DNA from: an uncultured Planctomycetia bacterium
Lineage (GTDB): Bacteria > Omnitrophota > Gorgyraeia > Tantalellales > Tantalellaceae
NCBI GenBank assembly: GCA_964572255.1
Contig: CAZNEE010000001.1
Location: forward strand, 331,587-395,586
Reading direction: 5' to 3'
Length of the DNA stretch: 64,000 bases
The notes beneath the pieces are model-generated. The model ran no database searches, was not told the origin of the DNA, and worked only from the letters and a program-made list of their open reading frames with translations. A program made the translations under genes and the position numbers. Each line of letters opens with the position of its first letter. Position 1 is the first letter of the stretch. Shown piece after piece: positions 9,037 through 20,037 of the stretch.

Positions 9037-12000
9037 ATGACGGAACCACGGTCAGATTTTGTACATCTTCATGTACATACCCAATACAGTCTTCTTGACG
9101 GCGCCTGCCGTTTGGATGAACTTCTCGACCTTGCTAAATCCTGCAATATGCCCGCATGCGCCATAACCGATCACGGCAGCATGTTCGGCGCGATAGAGTT
9201 CTACGAAAAGGCGACCGAAAGAGGCATTAAACCCATCATAGGCGCCGAGATCTATGTGGCTCCTGAAAGCAGGTTTGATAAGACCAGCCACGGGATAAAG
9301 GGAGCGTCATACCACCTCGTGCTTCTTGCGAAAAATGCCAAGGGATATCAGAACCTTATAGAGATCGTTTCGATAGGTTATTTGGAAGGCTTTTATTACA
9401 AACCCCGGGTCGATAAAGAAGTACTGGCCCGCTGTTCAGAAGGTCTTATCGCGATGTCAGCCTGCTTAAAAGGCGAGATCGCGCATTTTCTTCTCTCGGA
9501 TCAGTATGACCAGGCAAAAAAAGCGGCGGGAGAATACGCTGATATCTTCGGCAGGGAGAATTTTTACCTGGAGATCCAGGATAACCAGCTGGAAGAGCAG
9601 GAAAAACTCAACAAGGAAATGATAAAACTTGCGCGTGATATGGACCTGGCGATCGTCGCGACGAACGATGTGCATTATTTGGATAGGACCGACGCCAAAG
9701 CCCATGACGCGCTCCTCTGCATACAGACCCAAAGCTTTCTCGATGATGAAGACCGGATGAAGTTCCAGTCGGATCAGATGTATTTCAAATCTCCCGATGA
9801 GATGAAAGCCGCTTTCCGGGATGTGCCGGATGCTGTCGCGAATTCCGTCAAGATAGCGGAAAAATGCAATCTTGAACTGGATTTCAGCGAACTGCATCTT
9901 CCGAAATTTGAAGCGCCGAACGGGGGAGATAACAGTGAGTTCTTAAAACGGCTCATAAGGGAGGGTTTAAAGAAAAGATATCCGGTCATCACGGATGAGA
10001 TAAACCAGAGGGTAAAACACGAGTTCGATATCATCGAACAAAGCGGATACATAAGTTATTTCCTGATAGTATGGGATTTTATCAATCATGCCAAAGAGAA
10101 CAAAATACCCGTAGGGCCGGGCAGAGGTTCCGCGGCGGGGAGTATAATAAGTTATGCCTTGGGGATAACCGACATCGATCCGTTAAAGTACGGTCTTATC
10201 TTTGAGAGGTTCCTTAATCCCGAAAGAGTGTCAATGCCGGATATAGATATAGATTTTTGTTTTGAAAGAAGAGGCGAAGTGATAGATTATGTCGTGAACA
10301 AATACTCCAAGGACAATGTGGCGCAGATAATAACTTTCGGGACGATGCTGGCAAAAGGCGTGATAAGGGATGTGGGAAGGGTCATGGGGCTTCCTTATGC
10401 CGATGTCGATAAGATAGCCAAACTGGTGCCGAATGATCCGGGGATCACTTTAAAACAAGCGATAGAGATCGAGCCCGAGCTGAGGATGAGATACGAGGAT
10501 GATCCGATAATCCGTCAGCTTATAGATATTTCGAGACGTCTTGAAGGCCTTAACAGGCACGCGTCAACACATGCCGCCGGAGTTGTTATTTCGGATAAGC
10601 CCCTCGTAAAACGTATACCGCTTTTTAAGACCGCTGATGACCAGATCACCACGGGCTACACCATGCAGTCTCTTGAGAGAATCGGCATGCTCAAGATGGA
10701 TTTTCTCGGGCTTAAGACGCTTACGGTGATCGATCAGACTGTAAAGATAGTCAAACGCACCAGGGATATCGATGTCGATATTGAAGTTATCCCGCTGGAT
10801 GATCAAAAGACTTTTGAACTTCTTGCCAGAGCCGAGACAGCCGGCGTGTTCCAGCTTGAATCTTCAGGCATGAGAGATCTTCTCAGAAAACTCAAGCCGG
10901 AAAAATTCGAGGACCTGATAGCCATATTGGCTTTGTATCGTCCCGGGCCCATGGGAAGCGGGATGCTCGAGGAATTCATAAAAAGAAAACAGGGGCATAT
11001 TGAAGTCGAGTATGATCATCCGGCGCTTAAACCGATATTAAGGGAGACTTACGGGATAATCGTTTATCAGGAGCAGGTCATGCAGATAGTTTCCGCTCTT
11101 GCCGGCTTCAGCATGGCTGAAGCGGATAATGTCCGCAAAGTCATGTCCAAGAAAAAACCGCAGGAGATGGCGAAGCTGAAAATAAAGTTCCTTGAAGGAA
11201 CAGCTAAAAATAAGATCGACAATGAAACAGCGGAAAAAATATTTGATCTCATCGCATACTTTGCGGGATACGGTTTTAATAAATCCCATTCCACTGCGTA
11301 TGCCATGATAAGTTACCGGACGGCGCATCTTAAGGCGAACTATCCTGTTGAGTTCATGACGGCGCTTCTTACAAGTGAGAAAAATAATACCGACAAAATT
11401 TCCGATTATATCAGTGAATCGATCAGAATGGACATCGAAATACTGCCGCCGGATATAAACGAAAGTTTTAAGGATTTTACGGTTGTCGGAGGGGATATCC
11501 GCTTCGGGCTTTCCGCGGTAAAGAACGTAGGGTCTGTTGCGGCGGAGTCCATAATCACGATAAGGATGGAAAACGGCAAATTCGAATCATTGTATGATTT
11601 TGCGCAGAAAGCGGATTCGAGGAACGTGAATAAAAAAGTCGTGGAAAGCCTTATAAAATGCGGGGCTTTTGATTCTACAGGGATACATCGGTCGCAGGCA
11701 ATGGCGGTACTCGACAAAGTGCTCGAGATGGCAAGCAAGGTCCAGAAAGACAGGCGGAACGGCCAGTTATCATTCTTTGATGAAGAACATTCCGAAGAAA
11801 GTTTCAGGGATAGTTTCCGGGATTTACCTGACATACAGGAGTGGCCGGAGCATGAGCTTTTGGCAAGCGAAAAAGAGATGCTGGGGTTTTATATCACCCA
11901 ACATCCCCTCGCCAGGTTTGAAAGGCTCCTGAACGCTTATTCCACATGCGCCGTATCTGAGCTCAGCGCTCTTGCGGACGGGCAGGTAGTGCTTATAGGA

Positions 12001-12489
12001 GGCATCATAAGCAAGGTACGTTCAACCGTTACGCGTAAGACTGCCGAGAAAATGGCCATAATTACACTGGAGGATCTGAATAATTTTGTCGAGATCTTAG
12101 TGTTCCCTAAAACTTACAGTAAAGTCGCTTCTCTGGTAAAAGAGGATAACACTGTCTATGTCGAGGGGCGATTGAACCTTAGGGAAGAGGAGCCGAAGAT
12201 AGTCGCTGAGAACATGATACCTCTTGAGCAAGTGAAAGAGATGTTCACTAAGTCGGTCCTGATCAAGATGAATACCCTGGGGCTTGAAGAAAATATAATG
12301 GAGAAGGTAAGAAGGGTTATCATGAAACATAAGGGGAAAGTGCCGGTCTTTATCGATCTTATTTCGCCCCAAGGCAGGAAGGTAAGGGTTTCAACCAACA
12401 AAGAGCTGACGGTGTATCCCTCGGATAACATGATAGAGGATTTGGAGGGGGTTGTAGGAAGGGGTAACGTTAAATTTGTAACAAAGTAG
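9037..12489 (+). CDS. dnaE: DNA polymerase III subunit alpha
   Basis: N-terminal PHP domain (LHVHTQYSLLDG), polymerase core, OB fold; 1150 aa. Confidence 0.95.
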   Translation: MTEPRSDFVHLHVHTQYSLLDGACRLDELLDLAKSCNMPACAITDHGSMFGAIEFYEKATERGIKPIIGAEIYVAPESRFDKTSHGIKGASYHLVLLAKNAKGYQNLIEIVSIGYLEGFYYKPRVDKEVLARCSEGLIAMSACLKGEIAHFLLSDQYDQAKKAAGEYADIFGRENFYLEIQDNQLEEQEKLNKEMIKLARDMDLAIVATNDVHYLDRTDAKAHDALLCIQTQSFLDDEDRMKFQSDQMYFKSPDEMKAAFRDVPDAVANSVKIAEKCNLELDFSELHLPKFEAPNGGDNSEFLKRLIREGLKKRYPVITDEINQRVKHEFDIIEQSGYISYFLIVWDFINHAKENKIPVGPGRGSAAGSIISYALGITDIDPLKYGLIFERFLNPERVSMPDIDIDFCFERRGEVIDYVVNKYSKDNVAQIITFGTMLAKGVIRDVGRVMGLPYADVDKIAKLVPNDPGITLKQAIEIEPELRMRYEDDPIIRQLIDISRRLEGLNRHASTHAAGVVISDKPLVKRIPLFKTADDQITTGYTMQSLERIGMLKMDFLGLKTLTVIDQTVKIVKRTRDIDVDIEVIPLDDQKTFELLARAETAGVFQLESSGMRDLLRKLKPEKFEDLIAILALYRPGPMGSGMLEEFIKRKQGHIEVEYDHPALKPILRETYGIIVYQEQVMQIVSALAGFSMAEADNVRKVMSKKKPQEMAKLKIKFLEGTAKNKIDNETAEKIFDLIAYFAGYGFNKSHSTAYAMISYRTAHLKANYPVEFMTALLTSEKNNTDKISDYISESIRMDIEILPPDINESFKDFTVVGGDIRFGLSAVKNVGSVAAESIITIRMENGKFESLYDFAQKADSRNVNKKVVESLIKCGAFDSTGIHRSQAMAVLDKVLEMASKVQKDRRNGQLSFFDEEHSEESFRDSFRDLPDIQEWPEHELLASEKEMLGFYITQHPLARFERLLNAYSTCAVSELSALADGQVVLIGGIISKVRSTVTRKTAEKMAIITLEDLNNFVEILVFPKTYSKVASLVKEDNTVYVEGRLNLREEEPKIVAENMIPLEQVKEMFTKSVLIKMNTLGLEENIMEKVRRVIMKHKGKVPVFIDLISPQGRKVRVSTNKELTVYPSDNMIEDLEGVVGRGNVKFVTK

Positions 12490-12499
12490 ACGCGGGAGA

Positions 12500-12528
12500 T
12501 TGACTTTGGCCGTAAGTAATGTTAATAT
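12500..12528 (+). promoter_or_regulatory. sigma-70-like promoter TTGACT-17-TAATAT
   Basis: Canonical hexamers upstream of the hup gene. Confidence 0.5.
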
Positions 12529-12574
12529 AAGCAGTTATTAAATCAAATAAATATTAAAATAATAAGGAGGAGTT

Positions 12575-12850
12575 ATGACGAAGAAAGATATCATCATGAA
12601 GATCTCAGAAGAGACTGGGTTTAAACAGGTTGATGTCAAAGAAGTGGTACAGCGCACGTTCGATATTATCACCGAAAGCCTTGCTTCAGGAGATAAGGTC
12701 GAATTACGGAATTTCGGTATTTTTAAAACAAAGGTCCGTAAAGGAAGAGTTGGGCGCAATCCAAGAACAGGCGCGAGCGTTAACATCCCGGATAAAAAAG
12801 TCGTCAATTTTAAAGCCGGCATGAGAATGAAAACCGACGTTAAATCGTAA
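12575..12850 (+). CDS. hup: HU/IHF family DNA-binding protein
   Basis: GFGKF-like arm (NFGIFKTKVRKGRVGRNPRTG), 91 aa, strong RBS AAGGAGG. Confidence 0.85.
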   Translation: MTKKDIIMKISEETGFKQVDVKEVVQRTFDIITESLASGDKVELRNFGIFKTKVRKGRVGRNPRTGASVNIPDKKVVNFKAGMRMKTDVKS

Positions 12851-12878
12851 CTAAGATCGCGAAAACATAAGGTCACAA

Positions 12879-14141
12879 GTGGCGAGCTCACCTAAATATA
12901 AATCTTTAAGAGGAATGCCGGATCTCGTTTCCGAAGACGCTGCGAGTCTGAGGTGGATAGAGGAAAAAGCACGGGAGGTCTTTCAGCTGTTCGGGTTCAA
13001 GGAGATCGAAACTCCCATACTCGAAGAGACAGGCGTTTTTACCCGAAGTATCGGTGAGGATACCGACATAGTCGAGAAAGAGATGTATTCATTCACCGAT
13101 AGAGGGGGTAAGAATATTTCCCTTCGCCCGGAAGGAACAGCCCCGATCATACGCGCGTATATCGAACATTCTTTATACAACGATTCTGATCTGGTAAAGT
13201 TATTCTACTCAGGGCCGATGTTCAGGGGAGAGAGGCCTCAAAAAGGCCGGCTCAGGCAATTCCATCAGATCGGAGCCGAAGTTATAGGTACTGTTGATCC
13301 TTTTCTTGATGCGGAACTCATACTGAACCTGGATGCGTTTTTAAAAAGAATAGGGGTTTCGGGTTTTACTGTCCTTATCAATTCCATAGGATGCGCCAAG
13401 GACCGCTCCGGCTACAAAAAAGCCCTTAAGACTTTTCTTGATAAGAATAGCGGAACGCTGTGCGAGGATTGTAAAAGACGCAGCAGGACCAATGTTCTTC
13501 GTGTTCTGGATTGTAAACAAAAATCGTGCAAGGATGTTCTTAAAGGCGCTCCTTCGATACTGGAGAGTCTTTGCGGATCATGCATGAATGATTATGAAAA
13601 ATTAAAGAACATTCTTTCCGAGACAGGCATCAATTTCAGAGAAAAAACGGATCTTGTCAGGGGGCTCGATTATTACACGAACACGATATTTGAAGTTATA
13701 CATCCCTCACTTGGGGCTCAGGATGCTATTGCCGCCGGCGGGAGGTATGACAACCTGACAAAACAGATGGGCGGGCCCGATGTCGGAGCGACAGGGTATG
13801 CTGTCGGCGTGGAAAGATTGCTTCTTATAGTGGACAAAAAGAATATTCCTTCTCAAGAGTCAGGCGTTCTTGTTATTCCTATAGATGATAATTCCCGGGC
13901 AAAAACCTTTGAGGTGGCTGACGCGTTGCGTGCGTCCGGGATACCTTCAGAGATGGCTCCTCCGGGAAAATCATTGAAGGGTCAGATGCGCAGGGCCCAT
14001 AAGGAAGCGAGAGAATACGTTATTATCATCGGGGGAGATGAGATCAAAAGCGGAGAACTCCTGTTGAAGAACATGGAAAGCGGCGAACAGCAGAAATTGA
14101 CGGTTGAGAAGATCATCGATGAGCTAAAGGCTAAAAGATAA
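12879..14141 (+). CDS. hisS: histidine--tRNA ligase
   Basis: Class II aaRS motifs, HisRS-like N-terminus (LRGMPD), about 420 aa; GTG start. Confidence 0.9.
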   Translation: MASSPKYKSLRGMPDLVSEDAASLRWIEEKAREVFQLFGFKEIETPILEETGVFTRSIGEDTDIVEKEMYSFTDRGGKNISLRPEGTAPIIRAYIEHSLYNDSDLVKLFYSGPMFRGERPQKGRLRQFHQIGAEVIGTVDPFLDAELILNLDAFLKRIGVSGFTVLINSIGCAKDRSGYKKALKTFLDKNSGTLCEDCKRRSRTNVLRVLDCKQKSCKDVLKGAPSILESLCGSCMNDYEKLKNILSETGINFREKTDLVRGLDYYTNTIFEVIHPSLGAQDAIAAGGRYDNLTKQMGGPDVGATGYAVGVERLLLIVDKKNIPSQESGVLVIPIDDNSRAKTFEVADALRASGIPSEMAPPGKSLKGQMRRAHKEAREYVIIIGGDEIKSGELLLKNMESGEQQKLTVEKIIDELKAKR

Positions 14142-14149
14142 GGGAGAAA

Positions 14150-15925
14150 ATGATACGTACGCACAATTGCGGGGAACTCAATTCAAAAAATATCGGCAAG
14201 GAAACTCTTCTTGCAGGATGGATCACCGCAAGAAGGGACCATGGTGAGATCATTTTTATGGACCTCAGGGACAAGCAGGGGATAACACAGATAGTTTTCG
14301 ATCCCGAGAAGAATAAAGAAGCTCATGAGAAGGCGCATGAACTCAAGAATGAATATTGCGTAAAAATCGTTGGTAAAGTGTCAAAACGCCCAGAAGGCAC
14401 AATTAACCCCAAGATACCCACGGGCGAAGTGGAGGTAGAGGTAAATAAAATAGAAGTGCTTTCCGAATCAGAGACCCCTCCTTTTGAGATCAAGGATAAA
14501 ATAACTATTTCGGAAGAGATAAGGCTTAAATACCGTTATCTTGATCTAAGACGGGATGTGATGCAGAAAAAACTTCACCTCAAACATAAAATATACAAAT
14601 GCGTTTCGGATTTTTTGGACAGCGAAGGGTTCATTTCGGTAGAGACACCGATACTTACAAAGTCAACTCCCGAAGGGGCCCGCGATTATCTTGTTCCCAG
14701 CAGGATCCAGCAGGGCAATTTCTACGCGCTGCCGCAGTCGCCCCAGATATTCAAACAGCTTTTGATGGTAGCGGGCGTGGAAAGATATTTCCAGATCGTA
14801 CGATGCTTTAGGGATGAGGATCTCAGGGCCGACAGGCAGCCTGAGTTCACTCAGCTTGACATGGAAATGTCGTTTGTCGAGCAGGAGGATGTTCTCGATG
14901 TATCGGAACGCATGTTCAAGGATCTCTTTGAAAAGGTGACCGGCAAAAAAATAGAGGTGCCTTTACCCAGATTAGACTATGAAGAGGCCATGGATAAGTA
15001 CGGCAGCGATAAGCCCGACACAAGATTTGAAGTATTTTTGCATGATCTTACGCAGGAAGCGGCCGGGAGTGACTTCAAAATATTCAAGGATACGGTCTCA
15101 TCCGGCGGCAGAGTAATGGGATTAGCCGCCCCGGGATACAGCGGCTTAAGCCGCAAGGAAATAGATGACTTAACGGCTTTTGTCGGCGAATACGGAGCGA
15201 AGGGATTGGCGTATTTTAAACTTGAAGGGAACGAGATCGCATCCCCGATAGCAAAATTTTTCACCAAAGAGGTCTTAGAACTTTTCAGGGAAAAAACCGG
15301 GGCCAAACCCGGCGACATGATATTCATGGTAGCGGATTCTAAGGATGTAGCAAGGGAGGCGTTGGGAGCGCTTAGATTGAAAATAGGCAGGGAAAGAAGG
15401 CTGATCGATCCCGACAGGTTTGACCTTTTGTGGGTGGTGAATTTTCCGCTTTTCAAGTTCAATAAAGACGAGAAAAGATGGGTATCCGAACATCATCCTT
15501 TCACGGGTTTTTGCGAAGAAGGATCGGAGTCGATAGATAAAAAAGAGCTGGCGAATATAAGATCAAGATCATATGATCTGGTGCTGAACGGCAATGAAAT
15601 AGGATCGGGAAGCATCAGGATACACAGAAGAGACCTGCAGGAGAAGGTCTTCGATGCGCTTGGTATCGGTAAAGAGGAAGCCCGGATGAAGTTCGGGTTT
15701 TTGCTTGAAGCGTTCCGCTACGGAGTTCCTCCGCACGGGGGAATAGCTTTTGGAATGGACAGGATAACCGCGATCATTTCGGGGGATTCCTCTATAAGAG
15801 AGGTCATACCGTTCCCCAAGACGCAGAAAGGCGTGTGTCCTCTTTCGGGCGCGCCTTCCGCGGTCGGTGAAACACAATTAAGGGAACTGGGCCTGAAACT
15901 GAGAAAAAAACAGGAAGACAAATAA
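14150..15925 (+). CDS. aspS: aspartate--tRNA ligase
   Basis: MIRTHNCGEL N-terminus, OB anticodon-binding domain, class II core with QLLMVAGVERYFQI and FRDEDLRADRQPEFTQLD; 591 aa. Confidence 0.95.
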   Translation: MIRTHNCGELNSKNIGKETLLAGWITARRDHGEIIFMDLRDKQGITQIVFDPEKNKEAHEKAHELKNEYCVKIVGKVSKRPEGTINPKIPTGEVEVEVNKIEVLSESETPPFEIKDKITISEEIRLKYRYLDLRRDVMQKKLHLKHKIYKCVSDFLDSEGFISVETPILTKSTPEGARDYLVPSRIQQGNFYALPQSPQIFKQLLMVAGVERYFQIVRCFRDEDLRADRQPEFTQLDMEMSFVEQEDVLDVSERMFKDLFEKVTGKKIEVPLPRLDYEEAMDKYGSDKPDTRFEVFLHDLTQEAAGSDFKIFKDTVSSGGRVMGLAAPGYSGLSRKEIDDLTAFVGEYGAKGLAYFKLEGNEIASPIAKFFTKEVLELFREKTGAKPGDMIFMVADSKDVAREALGALRLKIGRERRLIDPDRFDLLWVVNFPLFKFNKDEKRWVSEHHPFTGFCEEGSESIDKKELANIRSRSYDLVLNGNEIGSGSIRIHRRDLQEKVFDALGIGKEEARMKFGFLLEAFRYGVPPHGGIAFGMDRITAIISGDSSIREVIPFPKTQKGVCPLSGAPSAVGETQLRELGLKLRKKQEDK

Positions 15926-15936
15926 AAAACAGATAT

Positions 15937-16299
15937 TTGATAGTAATGGAAAAGCAGGAGGATATCATGAGGCTATTGGCAATATTGTTGTTGGTGAGTT
16001 CTTTTATTGCAGCGGGATGCGCAAGTGAAAAGGTGAGTGTTTACACATTCCAAAAAGCGCGTGTCGACCAATCCATCAAGGGTAACGAAGGGTATCTGAT
16101 GGGGCAACCTCCTGCAGGCGAGCAAACCCAGAGAAGTTCGAAAAGAACATTGATAGGCGTTGATATTGAACTTCCGGGTACATTTGCGGGATCTTCATCC
16201 GCGAAAGAGAGCGCTGCCGAAGGGCCGCAAACGGCTCCTGTCCAGAAGGCCGAAGAAAATGTTGAATATACAGAAGAGGGTGAAGTCTGGATAAAATGA
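15937..16299 (+). CDS. small lipoprotein, hypothetical
   Basis: Signal peptide with lipobox (IAAGC), 120 aa. Confidence 0.5.
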   Translation: MIVMEKQEDIMRLLAILLLVSSFIAAGCASEKVSVYTFQKARVDQSIKGNEGYLMGQPPAGEQTQRSSKRTLIGVDIELPGTFAGSSSAKESAAEGPQTAPVQKAEENVEYTEEGEVWIK

Positions 16300-17246
16300 G
16301 CGAGACCATCATAAAAATAAACAACGATTCAGAAGCGCGTACACTTTTCGGAAAACATGATGAGAACCTGAAGAGGGTCGAAAAAGCTTTTAATGTAAGC
16401 ACCTCTTTTTCGGGAGGGGACCTTAAAGTTTCCGGCGAAGACGAGAACGCCCTCAATAACGCGGAAAAGATATTGAAGGAATTTCTTTTTGTTGTGAGAA
16501 GAGGGGGACACCTTTCTTTTCGCGACATCGATTACGCTATTAAAAAAACCAATTTTGCTGTCGATATACATGACATTTATCTTGATAAGATCGAGGTATA
16601 TTCAAAAAGGGCTTACATCACGCCCAGAAGCGAGGGGCAGAAAAATTATATCGATGCCATTCGCAGGAACGATATAGTTTTCGGCATAGGTCCGGCAGGA
16701 ACAGGGAAGACGTATCTTGCCATGGCGATGGCCGTTAACGCTTTGAAGAAGAATATTATCTCAAGGATCATACTTACGCGCCCCGCGATCGAAGCGGGAG
16801 AAAGTCTGGGCTATTTGCCGGGAGACATGTATGAGAAGGTGAACCCGTATTTGCGGCCGCTGTATGACGCTCTTTATGATATGGTCGAACCTAACATAAT
16901 AAGGGACTATCTTGACCGCGGGATAATAGAAGTGGCGCCTCTGGCTTTCATGAGGGGCCGCACGCTTAACGATTCTTTCATAATTTTAGATGAGGCCCAG
17001 AACTGCACCCAGGATCAGATGAAGATGTTCCTGACCAGGCTGGGGTTCGATTCAAAAACCGTTATAACCGGGGATATCACGCAAAGCGATCTGCCTAAAG
17101 GGACAAGATCAGGACTCGTGCATGTAAGTTCATTCCTCCGGGACATTGACGGCATTAAATTTGTGATGCTTGAAAGAGAAGATGTGGTCAGGCACGAACT
17201 TGTGCAGATGATCATCGAAGCATACAGTAAAGAAACAGATAAATAA
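16296..17246 (+). CDS. phoH: PhoH family ATPase
   Basis: Walker A GPAGTGKTYLA, PhoH core; typical phoH-HD-ybeY neighbourhood. Confidence 0.9.
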   Translation: MSETIIKINNDSEARTLFGKHDENLKRVEKAFNVSTSFSGGDLKVSGEDENALNNAEKILKEFLFVVRRGGHLSFRDIDYAIKKTNFAVDIHDIYLDKIEVYSKRAYITPRSEGQKNYIDAIRRNDIVFGIGPAGTGKTYLAMAMAVNALKKNIISRIILTRPAIEAGESLGYLPGDMYEKVNPYLRPLYDALYDMVEPNIIRDYLDRGIIEVAPLAFMRGRTLNDSFIILDEAQNCTQDQMKMFLTRLGFDSKTVITGDITQSDLPKGTRSGLVHVSSFLRDIDGIKFVMLEREDVVRHELVQMIIEAYSKETDK

Positions 17247-17267
17247 AAAACCTAACGAACATAAAAT

Positions 17268-19589
17268 ATGAATAAAAAAGACAGAATCAATAAGAACGAT
17301 AATTCCACCAGGGCAAGCGAGCTTGTTTCGGGGAACAAAAAAGCGCGCCAGAGTTTCGCTCAAAAGACTGGCGCAAAAACAGGCAATCTTCCTTCGGAAG
17401 GATGGCCTGTTCTGGACCAGATCAAGAAGTTCTTCATGCACAAGGAAGTCCATTCGGCGATCATTATTCTGGTCTTTTTCGCAGCGGCGCTTTCAACGCT
17501 TTTTATAAGTCCCCAGCTTTATTTAAGAAGCATGCATGAAGGGGACATCGCTCTTAAAGACATATATGCTCCGTATGATTTTACCTATAATTGGGGCATC
17601 AATGAAGACCTTACGCAAAAGGCGAAAGAGGCCGCCGTTTCAGCGGTTCCTTTCTCGGTCCGAAGAGATCCTGCCGTTGAGAAGAAGATGTCGGAGGAGA
17701 TGGCAAAGTTCTTTGATGTTTTGGACGAGCAGAAAAAAAGTGATGCGCAATTCGCCGATAAGCTCTTATCGATCAGGGGCCAGACGGGCACAGATCTTTC
17801 CGATAAGAACATAAAAACGCTTCTTGAATACCGAAACATAAAAAAAATATCTAAAAGCGCACAGCAGGTACAGGAAAATGTTTTTCTTATAGGATACATT
17901 ACGGATGAGAACGCTGATCGTTTGAAGAGCGAAGGTTTTAATAGGGTAATAGTGTTCGATGAAAAGACCGGATTGGAAATGGAAAGATCTATCGGGGATC
18001 TTCTGGACAAAGAAAAGGTTCAAGGGATAATAGAAAGTTACGCGGTAACATATATTCCGGACCGAAAATTAAGACCCGCTGTTTCCGCGCTTGTTAAGGA
18101 ATATGTAAAACCTAACTTAGAGCCCGATGAAAAAAGAACCGCCCTTAAAAAGGAAGAGACCTCTAAAAATTTCCTGCCTGTATATAATACGTTTGACGTA
18201 AGCAAGAACGAGCTCATTGTTGAAAAGGGCACAAGGGTCAATGCCCGGCATATTGCTCAGGTATCCCAGCTGAGGCAGTTCCGCACTAAAAGCAAACAGC
18301 CCGGATTTTTTCTGGGGATGACTCTTCTTTTTCTTTTGATGGGACTGGTAGCTGCGGTTTACATGCATTTCACGAGAAAAAAGACCTTTCTTTCCAGCCC
18401 CAAAGATATCGGAATAGTTTTATTGAACATGTATTTGATGCTGGTTATTGCCCAGTTCATTATAAGAGCGCCTCAGCCGAGTTATTTCATTCCGCTTGCC
18501 GGCATGGGCATGATGACCATGCTTCTTTCAGGATTCAATGGCGCTTTCTTGAGCGTTTTATTGATGAGTTCGCTCATAGCGATACTTACCGGAGGTAAGA
18601 TCGAAGTGGGAATGGTGCTCCTGATAAGCAGCGTAGTGGGCATGTATGCGGTTAGAAACGCGAGAAAACGGTCGGATATTTTATGGGCCGGTCTTTTAGC
18701 GGGAATCGCGAAGTTTATCTCCATAGTATGCGTGGGGCTTATCAGCGGGATAGAACCGGAAGTTTTTGCGAGTGACGGTCTGTGGGGCGTGGCAAGCGGA
18801 GTATTTTCGGGGTTCATAGTGATGGGGCTTTTGCCTGTTTTCGAACATCTTTTTAAAGTGCCGACCAATATCAGCCTTCTTGAACTTTCGGACATGAATC
18901 ATCCGCTCCTGAAGAAGCTCGCGATGGAAGCCCCCGGAACATATCATCACAGCGTGATGGTGGGCAACCTTGCCGAAGCCGCATGCGATTGTATCGGCGC
19001 GAACAGTTTACTTGCCAGGGTGGGTGCCTATTATCATGATATAGGAAAAATAGCCAAGGCGTCCTATTTCAGTGAAAATGAAATGGGGGCTCCTTCAAAG
19101 CATTCCAAGCTGACGCCTTCAATGAGCGCATTGATCATCGCGAAGCATGTGAAAGAAGGCGCTGAAGTAGCGAAAAAATATAAATTGAACAATACCTTGG
19201 TAGATTTTATCGCCCAGCATCACGGCGACAGCCTGATCTCCTTCTTTTATCAGAAGGCCATAGAAAAGAGTGAAAAAGGGGAGGGTGAGGTCCTGAAAGA
19301 GGAGAATTTCCGTTACCCCGGGCCTAAACCCCAGACAAAGGAGACAGCTATTGTTCTTTTGGCGGATGCGGTCGAGGCTTCAAGCCGTTCTTTGGAAGAA
19401 CCCACACCGTCAAGTATCCGCAACCTTGTAAGGAAGATCATCAACAATAAGTTCATCGACGGGCAGCTGGATGAGTGCGATCTGACCTTAAGGGACATGC
19501 ATAATATCGCGGATTGTTTTGTGAGAGTTCTCATGGGGGTCTTTCATACGCGCTTGAATTATCCCGAAGAGACAAAAAAGAACGGCTAG
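17268..19589 (+). CDS. 7TM-receptor-linked HD/HDIG phosphohydrolase
   Basis: Multi-TM central region, C-terminal HD domain (YHHSVMV...YYHDIGK); 773 aa; conserved position between phoH and ybeY. Confidence 0.8.
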   Translation: MNKKDRINKNDNSTRASELVSGNKKARQSFAQKTGAKTGNLPSEGWPVLDQIKKFFMHKEVHSAIIILVFFAAALSTLFISPQLYLRSMHEGDIALKDIYAPYDFTYNWGINEDLTQKAKEAAVSAVPFSVRRDPAVEKKMSEEMAKFFDVLDEQKKSDAQFADKLLSIRGQTGTDLSDKNIKTLLEYRNIKKISKSAQQVQENVFLIGYITDENADRLKSEGFNRVIVFDEKTGLEMERSIGDLLDKEKVQGIIESYAVTYIPDRKLRPAVSALVKEYVKPNLEPDEKRTALKKEETSKNFLPVYNTFDVSKNELIVEKGTRVNARHIAQVSQLRQFRTKSKQPGFFLGMTLLFLLMGLVAAVYMHFTRKKTFLSSPKDIGIVLLNMYLMLVIAQFIIRAPQPSYFIPLAGMGMMTMLLSGFNGAFLSVLLMSSLIAILTGGKIEVGMVLLISSVVGMYAVRNARKRSDILWAGLLAGIAKFISIVCVGLISGIEPEVFASDGLWGVASGVFSGFIVMGLLPVFEHLFKVPTNISLLELSDMNHPLLKKLAMEAPGTYHHSVMVGNLAEAACDCIGANSLLARVGAYYHDIGKIAKASYFSENEMGAPSKHSKLTPSMSALIIAKHVKEGAEVAKKYKLNNTLVDFIAQHHGDSLISFFYQKAIEKSEKGEGEVLKEENFRYPGPKPQTKETAIVLLADAVEASSRSLEEPTPSSIRNLVRKIINNKFIDGQLDECDLTLRDMHNIADCFVRVLMGVFHTRLNYPEETKKNG

Positions 19590-19596
19590 AAAAAAC

Positions 19597-20037
19597 ATGA
19601 GTGTGCGGGTAAATTGTGAAAATTTGAATCAAAAAAGGAAAATCGATCTTTTAAAGTTCAAGAAAATTGCCGTAAAGATATTGAGACTATCAGGCGGACC
19701 GTCCATTGAATTAAATGTGATTTTTCTCAGCAACCAGAAGATACGGGCGATCAATCGCAGGTATTTAAAAAGGGATCGTTCGACCGATGTTATATCGTTT
19801 GACCAAAAGATTATTTTAAAAGGCAAACGTTTGGTCCTGGGGGATATATTTATTTCAACGGATAAAGCGGCTTGGAATGCGGAAAATTATGGGACGGCAT
19901 TTGCCGAAGAGACCGCGCTTTACCTGATCCACGGCATACTCCATATCATGGGATACGAAGACAGGACAAAAAAAGAAAAAGAAGCGATGCGGAGGAAGGA
20001 AAATGGATTTCTTAAAAAGATCCGAAAAGACTTATAG
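19597..20037 (+). CDS. ybeY: rRNA maturation endoribonuclease YbeY
   Basis: HGILHIMGYED zinc-binding motif, about 146 aa. Confidence 0.9.
   Translation: MSVRVNCENLNQKRKIDLLKFKKIAVKILRLSGGPSIELNVIFLSNQKIRAINRRYLKRDRSTDVISFDQKIILKGKRLVLGDIFISTDKAAWNAENYGTAFAEETALYLIHGILHIMGYEDRTKKEKEAMRRKENGFLKKIRKDL

Noticed and set aside
9011-9040. Possible leaderless dnaE mRNA (TTGACT-17-TAAGTT immediately before the ATG)
   Set aside because: The -10 hexamer is weak and the spacing to the ATG is only inferred. There is insufficient support without TSS data.
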